DNA from: Candidatus Latescibacterota bacterium
GTDB lineage: Bacteria; Latescibacterota; UBA2968
DNA: 64,000 nucleotides
NCBI GenBank assembly: GCA_965116885.1
Contig: OZ220741.1
Span: 1,056,001-1,120,000 of the forward strand
Direction: 5' to 3'
Below the pieces are notes generated by a model. That model did not search any database and was not told the DNA's origin. It was given only the letters and a program-made list of their open reading frames with translations. The position numbers were made by a program, and so were the translations under genes. Shown here piece by piece: positions 9,334 to 18,463 of this stretch (position 1 is its first letter; every line of letters begins with the position of its first letter).

Positions 9334-10413
9334 ATGACCCATCTCCAAAACATAAAACCCGAAGTCCGCGCCCTGCACGGGTATCATCTCACCGCCTACG
9401 ACTGTCCCATCAAGCTCAACCAGAACGAAAGCCCGTTTGACGTACCCGACAGCTTGAAAGACGACATCTTGCGCGCTGTGCGAGACAAATCCTGGTCGCG
9501 CTATCCCGAACCCATGCAAATGGACCTCGTCGAAGCACTCGCCGACCACGTGGGCGTCCAACCCGAAGGCCTCATCGTCTGCAACGGATCGAATACCCTC
9601 GTACAACTCGTCCTCGGCGTCGTATCTGCCCCCGGTGTCCAGGTCGTCATCCCCTCGCCCTCATTCTCTCTTTACGGCCTCTACACCGACATATTCAGCG
9701 GGCGCGTCCTCGACGTTCCCCTCACACAAAACTACGGCTTTGACATCCCAAAATTATGCGATGCCGCCAGCCAAAAAAATGTGCGCCTCATCATCCTCTG
9801 CTCCCCCAACAACCCCACGGGATGCGCCATCTCAAACGCGGACCTCGACAAACTCCTATCCAGCACCAGCGCCCTCGTCATGGTCGATGAAGCCTACGGC
9901 GAATTCTACAACCAGACCGCCATAGACCTCTTGCCCAAACACCCCAACCTCATCGTCCTCAAAACCCTCTCCAAAGCATTTGGCGCCGCGGGCATCCGCA
10001 TTGGATATCTCATCGCCCATCCCGACTTACGCGACGAAATCATCAAAGGCAAAATCCCCTTTGACATCAACATCTTCTCGCACACAGCAGCCATGGCCAT
10101 CCTCAACCACAAAGACCTCATACAAAAACGCATCGCATCTATATGCTCAGAACGCGAGCGCGTCTTCCAATGCCTCGCCCAAATAGACGGCGTCACCCCT
10201 TATCCATCACACGCCAACCTCATCCTCTTTGAAGTCGCCGATCCAGATGCTGTCTTCACCGGCTTGATCGAACAGGGCATACTCATCCGCAACGTCACAT
10301 CCTATCCCATGCTCGACAGGGCACTGCGCGTATCCATCGGCACAAAACGGGAAAATGACTGCTTTTTGGAGGCACTTGAAAAAACACTGTCTGAATCAGG
10401 ATTTTCAGGATGA
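9334..10413 (+). CDS. hisC: Histidinol-phosphate aminotransferase
   Basis: KLNQNESP, RYP, NGSN, CSPNNPTG, DEAY, TLSKAFGAAGIRIG. Confidence 0.94.
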   Translation: MTHLQNIKPEVRALHGYHLTAYDCPIKLNQNESPFDVPDSLKDDILRAVRDKSWSRYPEPMQMDLVEALADHVGVQPEGLIVCNGSNTLVQLVLGVVSAPGVQVVIPSPSFSLYGLYTDIFSGRVLDVPLTQNYGFDIPKLCDAASQKNVRLIILCSPNNPTGCAISNADLDKLLSSTSALVMVDEAYGEFYNQTAIDLLPKHPNLIVLKTLSKAFGAAGIRIGYLIAHPDLRDEIIKGKIPFDINIFSHTAAMAILNHKDLIQKRIASICSERERVFQCLAQIDGVTPYPSHANLILFEVADPDAVFTGLIEQGILIRNVTSYPMLDRALRVSIGTKRENDCFLEALEKTLSESGFSG

Positions 10414-10585
10414 AAGGATGGACAGGATAAAATCAAAACCAGATGAAAAACAAAGACAAAACCAGATGAAAAACAAAGACAAAACCAGATGAAAAACAAA
10501 GACAAAACCTTCTGGATTGCGGCTAACACCCTGCCGCAATGACGGCACTAATATCCTTGTTTTGCTGACTGCTGATAGCTTGTTT
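10390..10585 (+). repeat. Composite repeat: CAGGAT array + 23-bp tandem repeat x3.3 + TGGAT..ATGAC hairpin + heptamer arm
   Basis: caaaaccagatgaaaaacaaaga at 10434, 10457 and 10480, partial at 10503; hairpin 10513-10545; gctgactgctgatagcttgttt at 10564-10585. Confidence 0.85.
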
Positions 10586-10602
10586 TCACGAAAGACAAAC
10601 CC

Positions 10603-12024
10603 ATGCCAAAACCAACAGACGTAAAAATCAAATCCGTCGCCACCTACTTCCTCCCCGTACAAACGCGCATCCCCTATCGCTTTGGCACCGAACAACTCGA
10701 CAGCGTCACCTGCGTCAGAGTCCGCATCGACGTCGAAGACCGGCGCGGCAACATTGCTTCTGGCTGGGGAGAAACACCCTTGAGCGCGCCCTGGGCATGG
10801 CCATCGCCACACCTCACGTATGCCATCAGAGAAACGGCCATGAAAAACTTCTGCCTCAAAATCGGACGCGCATGGGCAGATATCGACACAACGGGGCACC
10901 CCATAGAAATCGGCCACGCATTCCAGGAAAACATCCTCCCCAATCTCCTATCGGCCTTCAATATCGAACAACAAAACACCACAGGGGACATGCCCCGCCT
11001 ATCCGCACTCGTCTGCACATCGGCTTATGACCTCGCCCTGCACGACGCTTATGGCATGCTTCACAACATCGACATCTACGACACGTACAACGCAGACTTC
11101 ATGAACGCCGACCTCGCGCACTACCTCGACCCCGCCGACATCGACTACAACTTCTCCGGTCGCTATCCCGAAAACTATCTCATCCGCCCGCGACCAAACC
11201 GCCTGCCCGCCTGGCACGCCGTAGGCGGCAACGACCTCCTCGACGACGCCGAACGCACAGGCGATGAACCCGACGACGGCTATCCCGTAGTCCTTCCCGA
11301 CTGGATACGGCGCGACGGCATCACCTGCCTCAAAATCAAACTCACCGGACAAGAACCCGGATGGGATTACGACCGCATCGTCCACATCGGACAAATCGGC
11401 ATCGAAAACAACGCCATGTGGTTGTGTACAGACTTCAACTGCACCGTCCGGGAAGTCGATTACGTCAACGACATCCTGGACCGCCTCCTCACCGACCACC
11501 CGCGCATCTATCAAATGATCCTCTACGTCGAACAGCCCTTCGCTTACGAACTATCCGACAACCCCCTCAACGTCCACAGTATCTCTGCGCGCAAACCCCT
11601 CTTCATGGACGAAAGCGCGCACGACTGGCGCGTGATATGCCTGGGGCGGCAACTCGGCTGGACCGGCGTAGCCCTCAAAACCTGCAAAACCCAGACCGGC
11701 GCCCTGCTCTCCCTCTGCTGGGCGCGCGCACACGGCATGACACTCATGGTACAGGACCTCACAAATCCCATGCTCGCGCAAATCCCCCACGCCCTGCTCA
11801 CCGCCCATGCCGGCACCGTCATGGGCTTTGAAACCAACGCCATGCAATTCTACCCCGACGCCTCAATCCCCGAAGCCGCCATACACCCCGGCGTCTATCG
11901 CCGACAAAACGGTCACATCGACATCTCCACAGTCGAAGGACCCGGCTTTGGATACAAACACCATTTGATTGACCGCACACTACCCGAACCTGCTGACCAC
12001 CGATTCGTCTATGAACTGGCCTGA
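10603..12024 (+). CDS. Enolase-superfamily (mandelate racemase/MLE-like) enzyme of unknown substrate
   Basis: N-terminal capping domain (GWGET), KIK motif, metal ligands DFN, EQP and DES, KTCK. Confidence 0.75.
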   Translation: MPKPTDVKIKSVATYFLPVQTRIPYRFGTEQLDSVTCVRVRIDVEDRRGNIASGWGETPLSAPWAWPSPHLTYAIRETAMKNFCLKIGRAWADIDTTGHPIEIGHAFQENILPNLLSAFNIEQQNTTGDMPRLSALVCTSAYDLALHDAYGMLHNIDIYDTYNADFMNADLAHYLDPADIDYNFSGRYPENYLIRPRPNRLPAWHAVGGNDLLDDAERTGDEPDDGYPVVLPDWIRRDGITCLKIKLTGQEPGWDYDRIVHIGQIGIENNAMWLCTDFNCTVREVDYVNDILDRLLTDHPRIYQMILYVEQPFAYELSDNPLNVHSISARKPLFMDESAHDWRVICLGRQLGWTGVALKTCKTQTGALLSLCWARAHGMTLMVQDLTNPMLAQIPHALLTAHAGTVMGFETNAMQFYPDASIPEAAIHPGVYRRQNGHIDISTVEGPGFGYKHHLIDRTLPEPADHRFVYELA

Positions 12025-12086
12025 GAGACGGCCAGTTGTACCCCGTTCCGTCGATTCGTTGATTCGTTTTAAAAAAGGCACATTCC

Positions 12087-12677
12087 ATGTCCTCACGCAC
12101 CGCACACATCCAGCGCAAAACCTCTGAAACCGACATCGACCTCACCCTCGCCCTCACGGGCACGGGAGAATCGCACATCGACACGGGCATTGGCTTTTTT
12201 GACCACATGCTCACAGCCCTTGCCCGCCACGGCTTATTCGACCTCACCGTCACCTGTAAAGGCGACCTCGAAGTCGATGCCCACCACACCGTCGAAGACG
12301 TCGGCATCTGCCTCGGTCAAGCACTATCTAACGCACTGGGCGACAAAGCCGGCATCGCGCGATTCGGCGCTGCGTACGTACCCATGGATGAAGCCCTCGC
12401 CCGCGCCGTAATCGATCTCTCTGGACGCGCACACCTGATCTATAACGCCGCATTCGCCGAAGAACGCATCGGCGCATTTCCCACGGCACTGGGCCTCGAA
12501 TTTTTCACCGCACTCGCGCACAACAGCCGCATGAACCTGCACATCGACCTCATCCGCGGCAACAACGCGCACCACGGCATGGAAGCCATCTTCAAAGCCG
12601 TCGCCCGATCCCTGCGACAAGCCGTCACCCTCGACAACAGAATCAGCGGCATACCCTCAACCAAAGGAAGCCTGTGA
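12087..12677 (+). CDS. hisB: Imidazoleglycerol-phosphate dehydratase (monofunctional)
   Basis: RKTSETDI, GFFDHML, DAHHTVED, PMDEAL, NAHHGMEAIFK, PSTKGSL. Confidence 0.97.
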   Translation: MSSRTAHIQRKTSETDIDLTLALTGTGESHIDTGIGFFDHMLTALARHGLFDLTVTCKGDLEVDAHHTVEDVGICLGQALSNALGDKAGIARFGAAYVPMDEALARAVIDLSGRAHLIYNAAFAEERIGAFPTALGLEFFTALAHNSRMNLHIDLIRGNNAHHGMEAIFKAVARSLRQAVTLDNRISGIPSTKGSL

Positions 12678-13228
12678 ACGCAAAACCCGCAGCATTCATC
12701 GACCGCGACGGCACAATCAACATCGAGGTCCACTACCTCAACCGCGTGGAACAACTCCAACTCATCCCACGCGCGGGAGAAGCCATTGCGCGCCTCAACC
12801 AGGCCGGTTATCCCGTCATCGTCATCACCAACCAATCCGCCATAGGTCGCGGCCTGCTCACAGAAACCGGACTCTCTGAGATCCACCGCGAACTCAAACA
12901 TCAATTATCAGCCTACAACGCCTCCATCGACGCCATCTACCATTGCCCCCATCACGAAAAAGACAACTGCACCTGCCGCAAACCCGCGCCGGGCATGATC
13001 TTGCGCGCCGCCAATGAACACAACATCGACCTCGCGGGTTCTATCATGATAGGCGACAACGCAACCGACCTCGAAGCCGGATGGAACGCCGGCTGTCGCG
13101 CAGCCCTCGTGCGAACCGGCTCTGGCGAAGACGCCCTGAAAAAAATCGACCGACAAACGCGCGACCGCATAAGCTATATTGGCAACGACTTATTCGACAT
13201 CGTAAACTGGATGCTCACACATGCGTAA
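12674..13228 (+). CDS. gmhB: HAD phosphatase, heptose-1,7-bisphosphate phosphatase / histidinol-phosphatase family
   Basis: DRDGTIN, TNQS, CPHH...CTCRKP, MIGD; GTGA overlap with hisB. Confidence 0.85.
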   Translation: MNAKPAAFIDRDGTINIEVHYLNRVEQLQLIPRAGEAIARLNQAGYPVIVITNQSAIGRGLLTETGLSEIHRELKHQLSAYNASIDAIYHCPHHEKDNCTCRKPAPGMILRAANEHNIDLAGSIMIGDNATDLEAGWNAGCRAALVRTGSGEDALKKIDRQTRDRISYIGNDLFDIVNWMLTHA

Positions 13229-14642
13229 ATTTCCCCCCATAGACCTCTCCAAAGTCAAAACCCACGCGCTCTCGGAACGCGACAGCAAAGTCGCGCTCTC
13301 GGGATTTGCCACCCCTGCGCGCAGTGGCGCGTCCTTTGGCCATTTTCTCACCAGCCTGCCCGACATCTTAATCGGTGCCGACTTTCGCCAATTCGCGCGC
13401 CAACTCGCCCGTGCCATCCAGAACAAAAAAACCATCGCCATCGGCATAGGCGGTCACGTCATCAAATGCGGCCTATCCCCCGTAATCATCGACCTCATGA
13501 AACGCGGCTACATCTCTGCCATAGCCATGAACGGCGCCACAGCCATCCACGACATCGAAATCGCCATGCACGGACAAACATCCGAAGACGTCGCCCACGG
13601 ACTTCAAGACGGCTCCTTTGGCATGGCGCGAGACACCGGTGACTTTATCAACCACGCCATCAACGCATCAGCAGGCGGATACGGCAGCGCACTCGGCAAA
13701 AAAATCACAGACACAGACCTGCCACACCGCGACCACAGCATCCTCGCCCATGCCCATATATTAGACATACCAGCCACTGTACACGTCGCCATAGGCACAG
13801 ACATCACGCACCAGCAACCAGGAGTTAGTGGCGAAGCCATTGGCCGCGCGACCTTTGAAGACTTTCGCACCTTCTGCTCTGTCGTCTCCACCCTCGAAGG
13901 CGGCGCGTACCTCAACATTGGCTCTGCCGTCATCCTCCCCGAACTCTTTCTCAAAGCCCTCACCGTAGCCCGCAACCTCGGTCACACCGTCGATCACTTC
14001 ACCACAGCCAACTTCGACATGATCCAGCACTATCGCCCGCGCGTCAACGTCGTACAGCGCCCCACCATGCAAGGCGGCGAAGGCTACGCCTTTACCGGCC
14101 ACCACGAACTCATGATCCCCCTGCTCGCGCACGCGCTTACCTGCATGCTCGAAGCCCCTCCCCCCGACCACAAAATGATCACCCGCGAACGGGCCATCCA
14201 AATACGCAACCGCCTCAAAGACATCGGCGCAAAAGTCGTCTTCACCAACGGCTGTTTTGACCTCATCCACCGCGGCCACGTCACCTACCTCCAAAAAGCC
14301 AGCACACACGGCGAAGTCCTCTTCCTGGGCCTCAACACCGACGCATCCGTACGCCGTCTCAAAGGTCCTGATCGCCCCATCTTACCCCTCGAAGACCGCG
14401 CCGGAGTACTCGCCGCCCTCGAATGCATCGACTATATTATCCCCTTTGCCGAAGACACCCCCAAAAACCTCATAGCCGCCCTCTTGCCCGACGTCCTCAT
14501 CAAAGGCGGAGACTATCAACCCGAAGAAATCGTCGGACGCGAAGAAGTCGAATCCCACGGGGGCATTGTCACCACCATCCCCCTAATCGAAGGCCAATCC
14601 ACGACCAGCATCATCGAAAAAATTCGCGGAGGCAACACATGA
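13221..14642 (+). CDS. Fusion of a deoxyhypusine-synthase-like domain (~aa 1-310) and heptose-1-phosphate adenylyltransferase (HldC/RfaE domain II)
   Basis: N-terminal GGHVIKCGL, AMNGATAIHD, HVAIGTDI, NIGSAVILPE, GHHELMIP; C-terminal FTNGCFDLIHRGH, GLNTDASVRRLKG, KGGDY, STTSII. Confidence 0.85.
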   Translation: MRKFPPIDLSKVKTHALSERDSKVALSGFATPARSGASFGHFLTSLPDILIGADFRQFARQLARAIQNKKTIAIGIGGHVIKCGLSPVIIDLMKRGYISAIAMNGATAIHDIEIAMHGQTSEDVAHGLQDGSFGMARDTGDFINHAINASAGGYGSALGKKITDTDLPHRDHSILAHAHILDIPATVHVAIGTDITHQQPGVSGEAIGRATFEDFRTFCSVVSTLEGGAYLNIGSAVILPELFLKALTVARNLGHTVDHFTTANFDMIQHYRPRVNVVQRPTMQGGEGYAFTGHHELMIPLLAHALTCMLEAPPPDHKMITRERAIQIRNRLKDIGAKVVFTNGCFDLIHRGHVTYLQKASTHGEVLFLGLNTDASVRRLKGPDRPILPLEDRAGVLAALECIDYIIPFAEDTPKNLIAALLPDVLIKGGDYQPEEIVGREEVESHGGIVTTIPLIEGQSTTSIIEKIRGGNT

Positions 14643-15613
14643 CCCGGGACCGCCTCCGCGAAATACTCCATTCATTTTCCAATCGCCGCGTCACAGTCAT
14701 CGGCGACCTCATGCTCGACCACTACCTGTGGGGCATAACCAGACGCATCTCTCCCGAAGCACCCGTACCCATCGTCAATATCGAATCTGAAACCCATCGC
14801 CCCGGAGGTGCCGCCAATGTCGCTTATAACCTGCGCGTACTCGGTGCTCAGGTCACCGCTGCCGGCGTCATCGGGCAAGACCTCAATGGCGAACACCTCA
14901 AAACCGCACTAAACAAAGAAGGCATTGACCTCTCCGGCATAATCGAAACCCCACATCGCCCCACAACATCAAAAACGCGCATCATGGGACACACACAATA
15001 CCGACAACAACAGCAAATGATGCGCATCGACAGAGAAGTCGCCCTCCCTGTCACCGGCAAACTCCTCAACCAGCTCCGCGATGCCATAGCCCAGTCTCAC
15101 GCACCCGACGCCATCTTTGTATCCGACTATGCCAAAGGCGTCGTCACACCCGACCTCATGGACACCGTGCGCCGCAACACCTGCCCCATCATCGCCGATC
15201 CAAAAGGCCGCAACTTCGACAAATACCGGGGTGTCACCGCCATCTCGCCCAACCAATCTGAAGCACTCGGCGTATTTAACCTATACGATACCGACGAAAA
15301 AACAATCATCGACACCGGACATCGCCTCGTCAAAGAATACGAAATCGCACAGGTCTATATGACCCGCAGCGAAAAAGGCGTCGCTCTCTTTGAGACTGAC
15401 GGCCGCGTCACCCACATCCCGGCCACCGCCCGTCAGGTATTCGATGTCTCTGGCGCGGGCGACACCACAGCCGCAGTCTATACCCTTGCCCTCATCTCGG
15501 GCGCCTCACCCGCCGAAGCCGCGCATATAGGCAACCTCGCAGGCGGCATCGTCGTCGGCAAAGTAGGCGTTGACACTGTATCGGTTGACGAACTCACAAA
15601 CGCCATACAATAA
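14639..15613 (+). CDS. rfaE1: Heptose-7-phosphate kinase (HldA/RfaE domain I)
   Basis: GDLMLDHY, RISPEAPVP, GGAANVA, SDYAKG, DVSGAGDT; ATGA overlap at 14639 is the likely start. Confidence 0.92.
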   Translation: MTRDRLREILHSFSNRRVTVIGDLMLDHYLWGITRRISPEAPVPIVNIESETHRPGGAANVAYNLRVLGAQVTAAGVIGQDLNGEHLKTALNKEGIDLSGIIETPHRPTTSKTRIMGHTQYRQQQQMMRIDREVALPVTGKLLNQLRDAIAQSHAPDAIFVSDYAKGVVTPDLMDTVRRNTCPIIADPKGRNFDKYRGVTAISPNQSEALGVFNLYDTDEKTIIDTGHRLVKEYEIAQVYMTRSEKGVALFETDGRVTHIPATARQVFDVSGAGDTTAAVYTLALISGASPAEAAHIGNLAGGIVVGKVGVDTVSVDELTNAIQ

Positions 15614-15614
15614 C

Positions 15615-16715
15615 ATGAACATCTTACACACCCTATACGACGACATCGACAACCCCTGGTGTGGTGGGGGTGGTGCCCTGCGCACATGGGAAATAGCCCG
15701 TCGCCTGTCGCACAAACACCAGATCACTATTATAACAGGCGCGTATCCCAACGCACCCAGAGAAGAAACCCGAGAAGGCGTACACATCCGCCGCGTGGGA
15801 TCAGACCGCTCGTATCTCCGGAGCCGAATGAGCTTTGCCCACCACGCCTCCCGCGAAATCGCCCGCGCAAACACCGACCTGTGGGTCCATCAATTCTCTG
15901 CCTTTGCTCCCCTCTTCGTCTCCGCAAAAAAAAGACGCGACAGCCTCCTCGAATTCTTCCACTTCATGGACGACCACGCCATTGCAAAATATCCCGTGCT
16001 CGGCCACATTGCCCGAAAAGCCGAACAGCGCGCCCTGCGCCTTCACCCGCACATCCTGACCATCTCGCCCACCGTCACGCGCCAGCTTGAAAAACGCGCG
16101 ACAAACGCGCAATTTCACCTCGTCTATACCGGCGTCGATCAAATCTGTTTTGAAGCACCCTGGGCAGAACAGGACTACATCCTCTATTTTGGGCGCATGG
16201 ACATCCACAACAAAGGCATCGACATCCTCCTATCCGCCTTTGCCAAACTCAACGCACCCGACATCCGCCTCATCCTCTCGGGACGCGGAACCCCGCAAAG
16301 CAAACGCGAAATACGATCTCTCGCCAATCAGCTCAACATCGCAAACCGCGTCGAATTCACCGGCGCCGTCACACCCGAACAAAAAAATAGCCTCATGGGC
16401 CATGCCCTCTTTGTCTGCACCCCCTCGCGCTACGAAGGCTGGGGCATTGTCGCCATTGAAGCCGCAGCCGCTGCAAAAGCCGTCATAGGCACCGACATCC
16501 CCGGATTGGCAGATGCCATCCGCGCCGATGAAACCGGCCTTCTCGTCCCCCCCGAAAATCCCCAGGCACTCGCCAACGCCATGAACCGCCTGCGCAGCGA
16601 CGCCCTCCTGCGCAAACGCCTGGGAACAGCGGGCCGCAAATGGGCTGCACAATTCACCTGGGACCGCACGGCACAAGCGCAAGAAGAAGTCTATTTGAAA
16701 GTCGCCAATGACTAA
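15615..16715 (+). CDS. Glycosyltransferase family 4
   Basis: GGGG N-terminal loop, YFGR...KG, PSRYEGWGIVAIEA. Confidence 0.9.
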   Translation: MNILHTLYDDIDNPWCGGGGALRTWEIARRLSHKHQITIITGAYPNAPREETREGVHIRRVGSDRSYLRSRMSFAHHASREIARANTDLWVHQFSAFAPLFVSAKKRRDSLLEFFHFMDDHAIAKYPVLGHIARKAEQRALRLHPHILTISPTVTRQLEKRATNAQFHLVYTGVDQICFEAPWAEQDYILYFGRMDIHNKGIDILLSAFAKLNAPDIRLILSGRGTPQSKREIRSLANQLNIANRVEFTGAVTPEQKNSLMGHALFVCTPSRYEGWGIVAIEAAAAAKAVIGTDIPGLADAIRADETGLLVPPENPQALANAMNRLRSDALLRKRLGTAGRKWAAQFTWDRTAQAQEEVYLKVAND

Positions 16716-18225
16716 ACGAACCCCAACACACCTCTTCATCTTCCTCCTCTGCATCTACGCCCTCACAGCGGGCGGGCATTACGGAGGCGATGGCTTTTGG
16801 AATTACCTCACCGCACAAAGCCTAATGCGCGACGGCGACCTCGTCATCTCCGATGAAAGTTTCACCCTGCCCGAAATGCAAAAACACCTCAATGCGGTCA
16901 CGTCGTCTGGACGCCAGTATTCCAAATACGGTCCCGGCATGCCCCTCGCAGAAATACCCTTCTACGCCATTGGCCTCCTGCTCACCGGCATCTTTCCCAA
17001 TATCCCCGCCGACTACCTCACCATGTTCACCACATCGATGACCAACGTGGTCATATCCGCCCTGTGGGTCCTCTTCTTTTATTTTATCATTCAATCATTC
17101 AATTACCCACCATCCACCACAAAGTGGCTCACAGGCGCCTTTGCACTGGGCACAATGGTCTTTCCATACTCCGGATACGGATATCCAGAACCGCTCGTGG
17201 GACTCGGCCTGCTCATCGCAACGCACAGTCTCATCAAACGCTCTCCCTCACCCATCCTTGCGGGAATTGGCTTTGCCATTGCCATCCTCACCAAATTCTA
17301 CACCCTCGTCCTCCTGCCAATCCCCCTGCTCTACCTGCGCCGCAACCGATATGCCACATCGCGGCGGCTCGCCATCTTCTTATCGCCCATCGTCGCAGCC
17401 TGTCTCATAATCGCCTATCACAACCACCTGCGTTATGGCAACATCTTACTCACCGGATACCACCTGGACATACTCGCCCAAAAAGGCGGTTATCTCGCCT
17501 TTATACCCACGCAGATCTTCACCGCCTTTTACGGCCTGCTCTTCAGCACCGGACGCGGCCTCATCTTCTTTTTTCCCTTGATATGCCTCCTCCCCATCGC
17601 CTATCACAAATTCAAATCATCGCACCCAGATGAAGCGCGCCTTTTTCTCGGCTTCACCTTAACACTATTTGTTCTTCTCTTACCCATGATCGACTGGCAT
17701 GCCGGATCCTCATGGGGACCGCGTTATTTGCTTCCCATCCTCCCCTTTTGTATCTTCCCGCTCGGCGCACTCGCCGACATCAAGTGGACGCGCCGCCTCA
17801 CCGTCCTCGGCTTCTTCGTACAACTCCCCGCTGTACTGATGAACCCCTATCTCTTTACGCACCTTGTACAGGACAAAAAAATGGGCGCAACAATCTTCGC
17901 ACCTCACCAGATGGGCGACCTCCTCTTCTCACCCAACCTATCCCCAATCCTCGGCGGCTACTACCAGCTCACCTCGGCAATCTGCCGCCTCACAACAGGG
18001 CAATCGCTCAACTACACCATCTCCTCTGGCACAGAGCGCTTCGTCTCTGCATCTCTGAAAAATTACGACCTCATCGATATATGGTGGGTCAATGTCCTGC
18101 GCACAAACATCCTCAGCCCAACCATGACCCTCGCACTCATCCTCGGCGTAATCTGCCTCATACTCATCGCCATCTACTCTGCGCGGCAAGCCATGAAAAA
18201 GTCTGAATCAGGATGGGCAGGATGA
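16708..18225 (+). CDS. Polytopic membrane protein, GT-C fold (ArnT/PMT-like) glycosyltransferase
   Basis: About 11-13 hydrophobic segments; acidic GD in first loop, YSKYGPG, YPEP, WGPRYLLP. Confidence 0.7.
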   Translation: MTKRTPTHLFIFLLCIYALTAGGHYGGDGFWNYLTAQSLMRDGDLVISDESFTLPEMQKHLNAVTSSGRQYSKYGPGMPLAEIPFYAIGLLLTGIFPNIPADYLTMFTTSMTNVVISALWVLFFYFIIQSFNYPPSTTKWLTGAFALGTMVFPYSGYGYPEPLVGLGLLIATHSLIKRSPSPILAGIGFAIAILTKFYTLVLLPIPLLYLRRNRYATSRRLAIFLSPIVAACLIIAYHNHLRYGNILLTGYHLDILAQKGGYLAFIPTQIFTAFYGLLFSTGRGLIFFFPLICLLPIAYHKFKSSHPDEARLFLGFTLTLFVLLLPMIDWHAGSSWGPRYLLPILPFCIFPLGALADIKWTRRLTVLGFFVQLPAVLMNPYLFTHLVQDKKMGATIFAPHQMGDLLFSPNLSPILGGYYQLTSAICRLTTGQSLNYTISSGTERFVSASLKNYDLIDIWWVNVLRTNILSPTMTLALILGVICLILIAIYSARQAMKKSESGWAG

Positions 18226-18363
18226 AAGGATGGGCAGGATGAAAGTCAAAACCTCTGTCTGAATCAGGATGGGCAGGATGAAAGGATGGACAGGATAAAG
18301 GCAAAAACCAGGATCAAAAGCAAAACCTTCTGGATCGCGGCTTACGTCATGCCGCGATGACGG
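18202..18363 (+). repeat. Composite repeat: two CAGGAT arrays + TGGAT..ATGAC hairpin
   Basis: tctgaatcaggatgggcaggatgaaaggatgg at 18202 and 18258; hairpin tggatcgcggc-N9-gccgcgatgacgg at 18331-18363. Confidence 0.85.
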
Positions 18364-18384
18364 CACGATTATAGCGTGCAGCAC

Positions 18385-18413
18385 TTGACGCAGCATCTGA
18401 TTTACTATACAAT
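18385..18413 (+). promoter_or_regulatory. Sigma70-type promoter
   Basis: TTGACG-17-TACAAT, 50 bp before the YfhO-like ATG. Confidence 0.6.
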
Positions 18414-18463
18414 GCCACATACTAACGCACCTCGCGGAACAACCTCAAACATGGATATAAACT

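Noticed and set aside
10434..10509. 23-bp repeats as a CRISPR array
   Set aside because: Head-to-tail copies with no spacers and no cas genes; it is a VNTR
14423..14638. Extended N-termini from the ORF track (14423, 15570, 22917, 29328, 51859, 52640)
   Set aside because: Extensions overlap upstream genes, promoters or repeats; downstream ATGs fit family starts, RBSs or stop-start coupling
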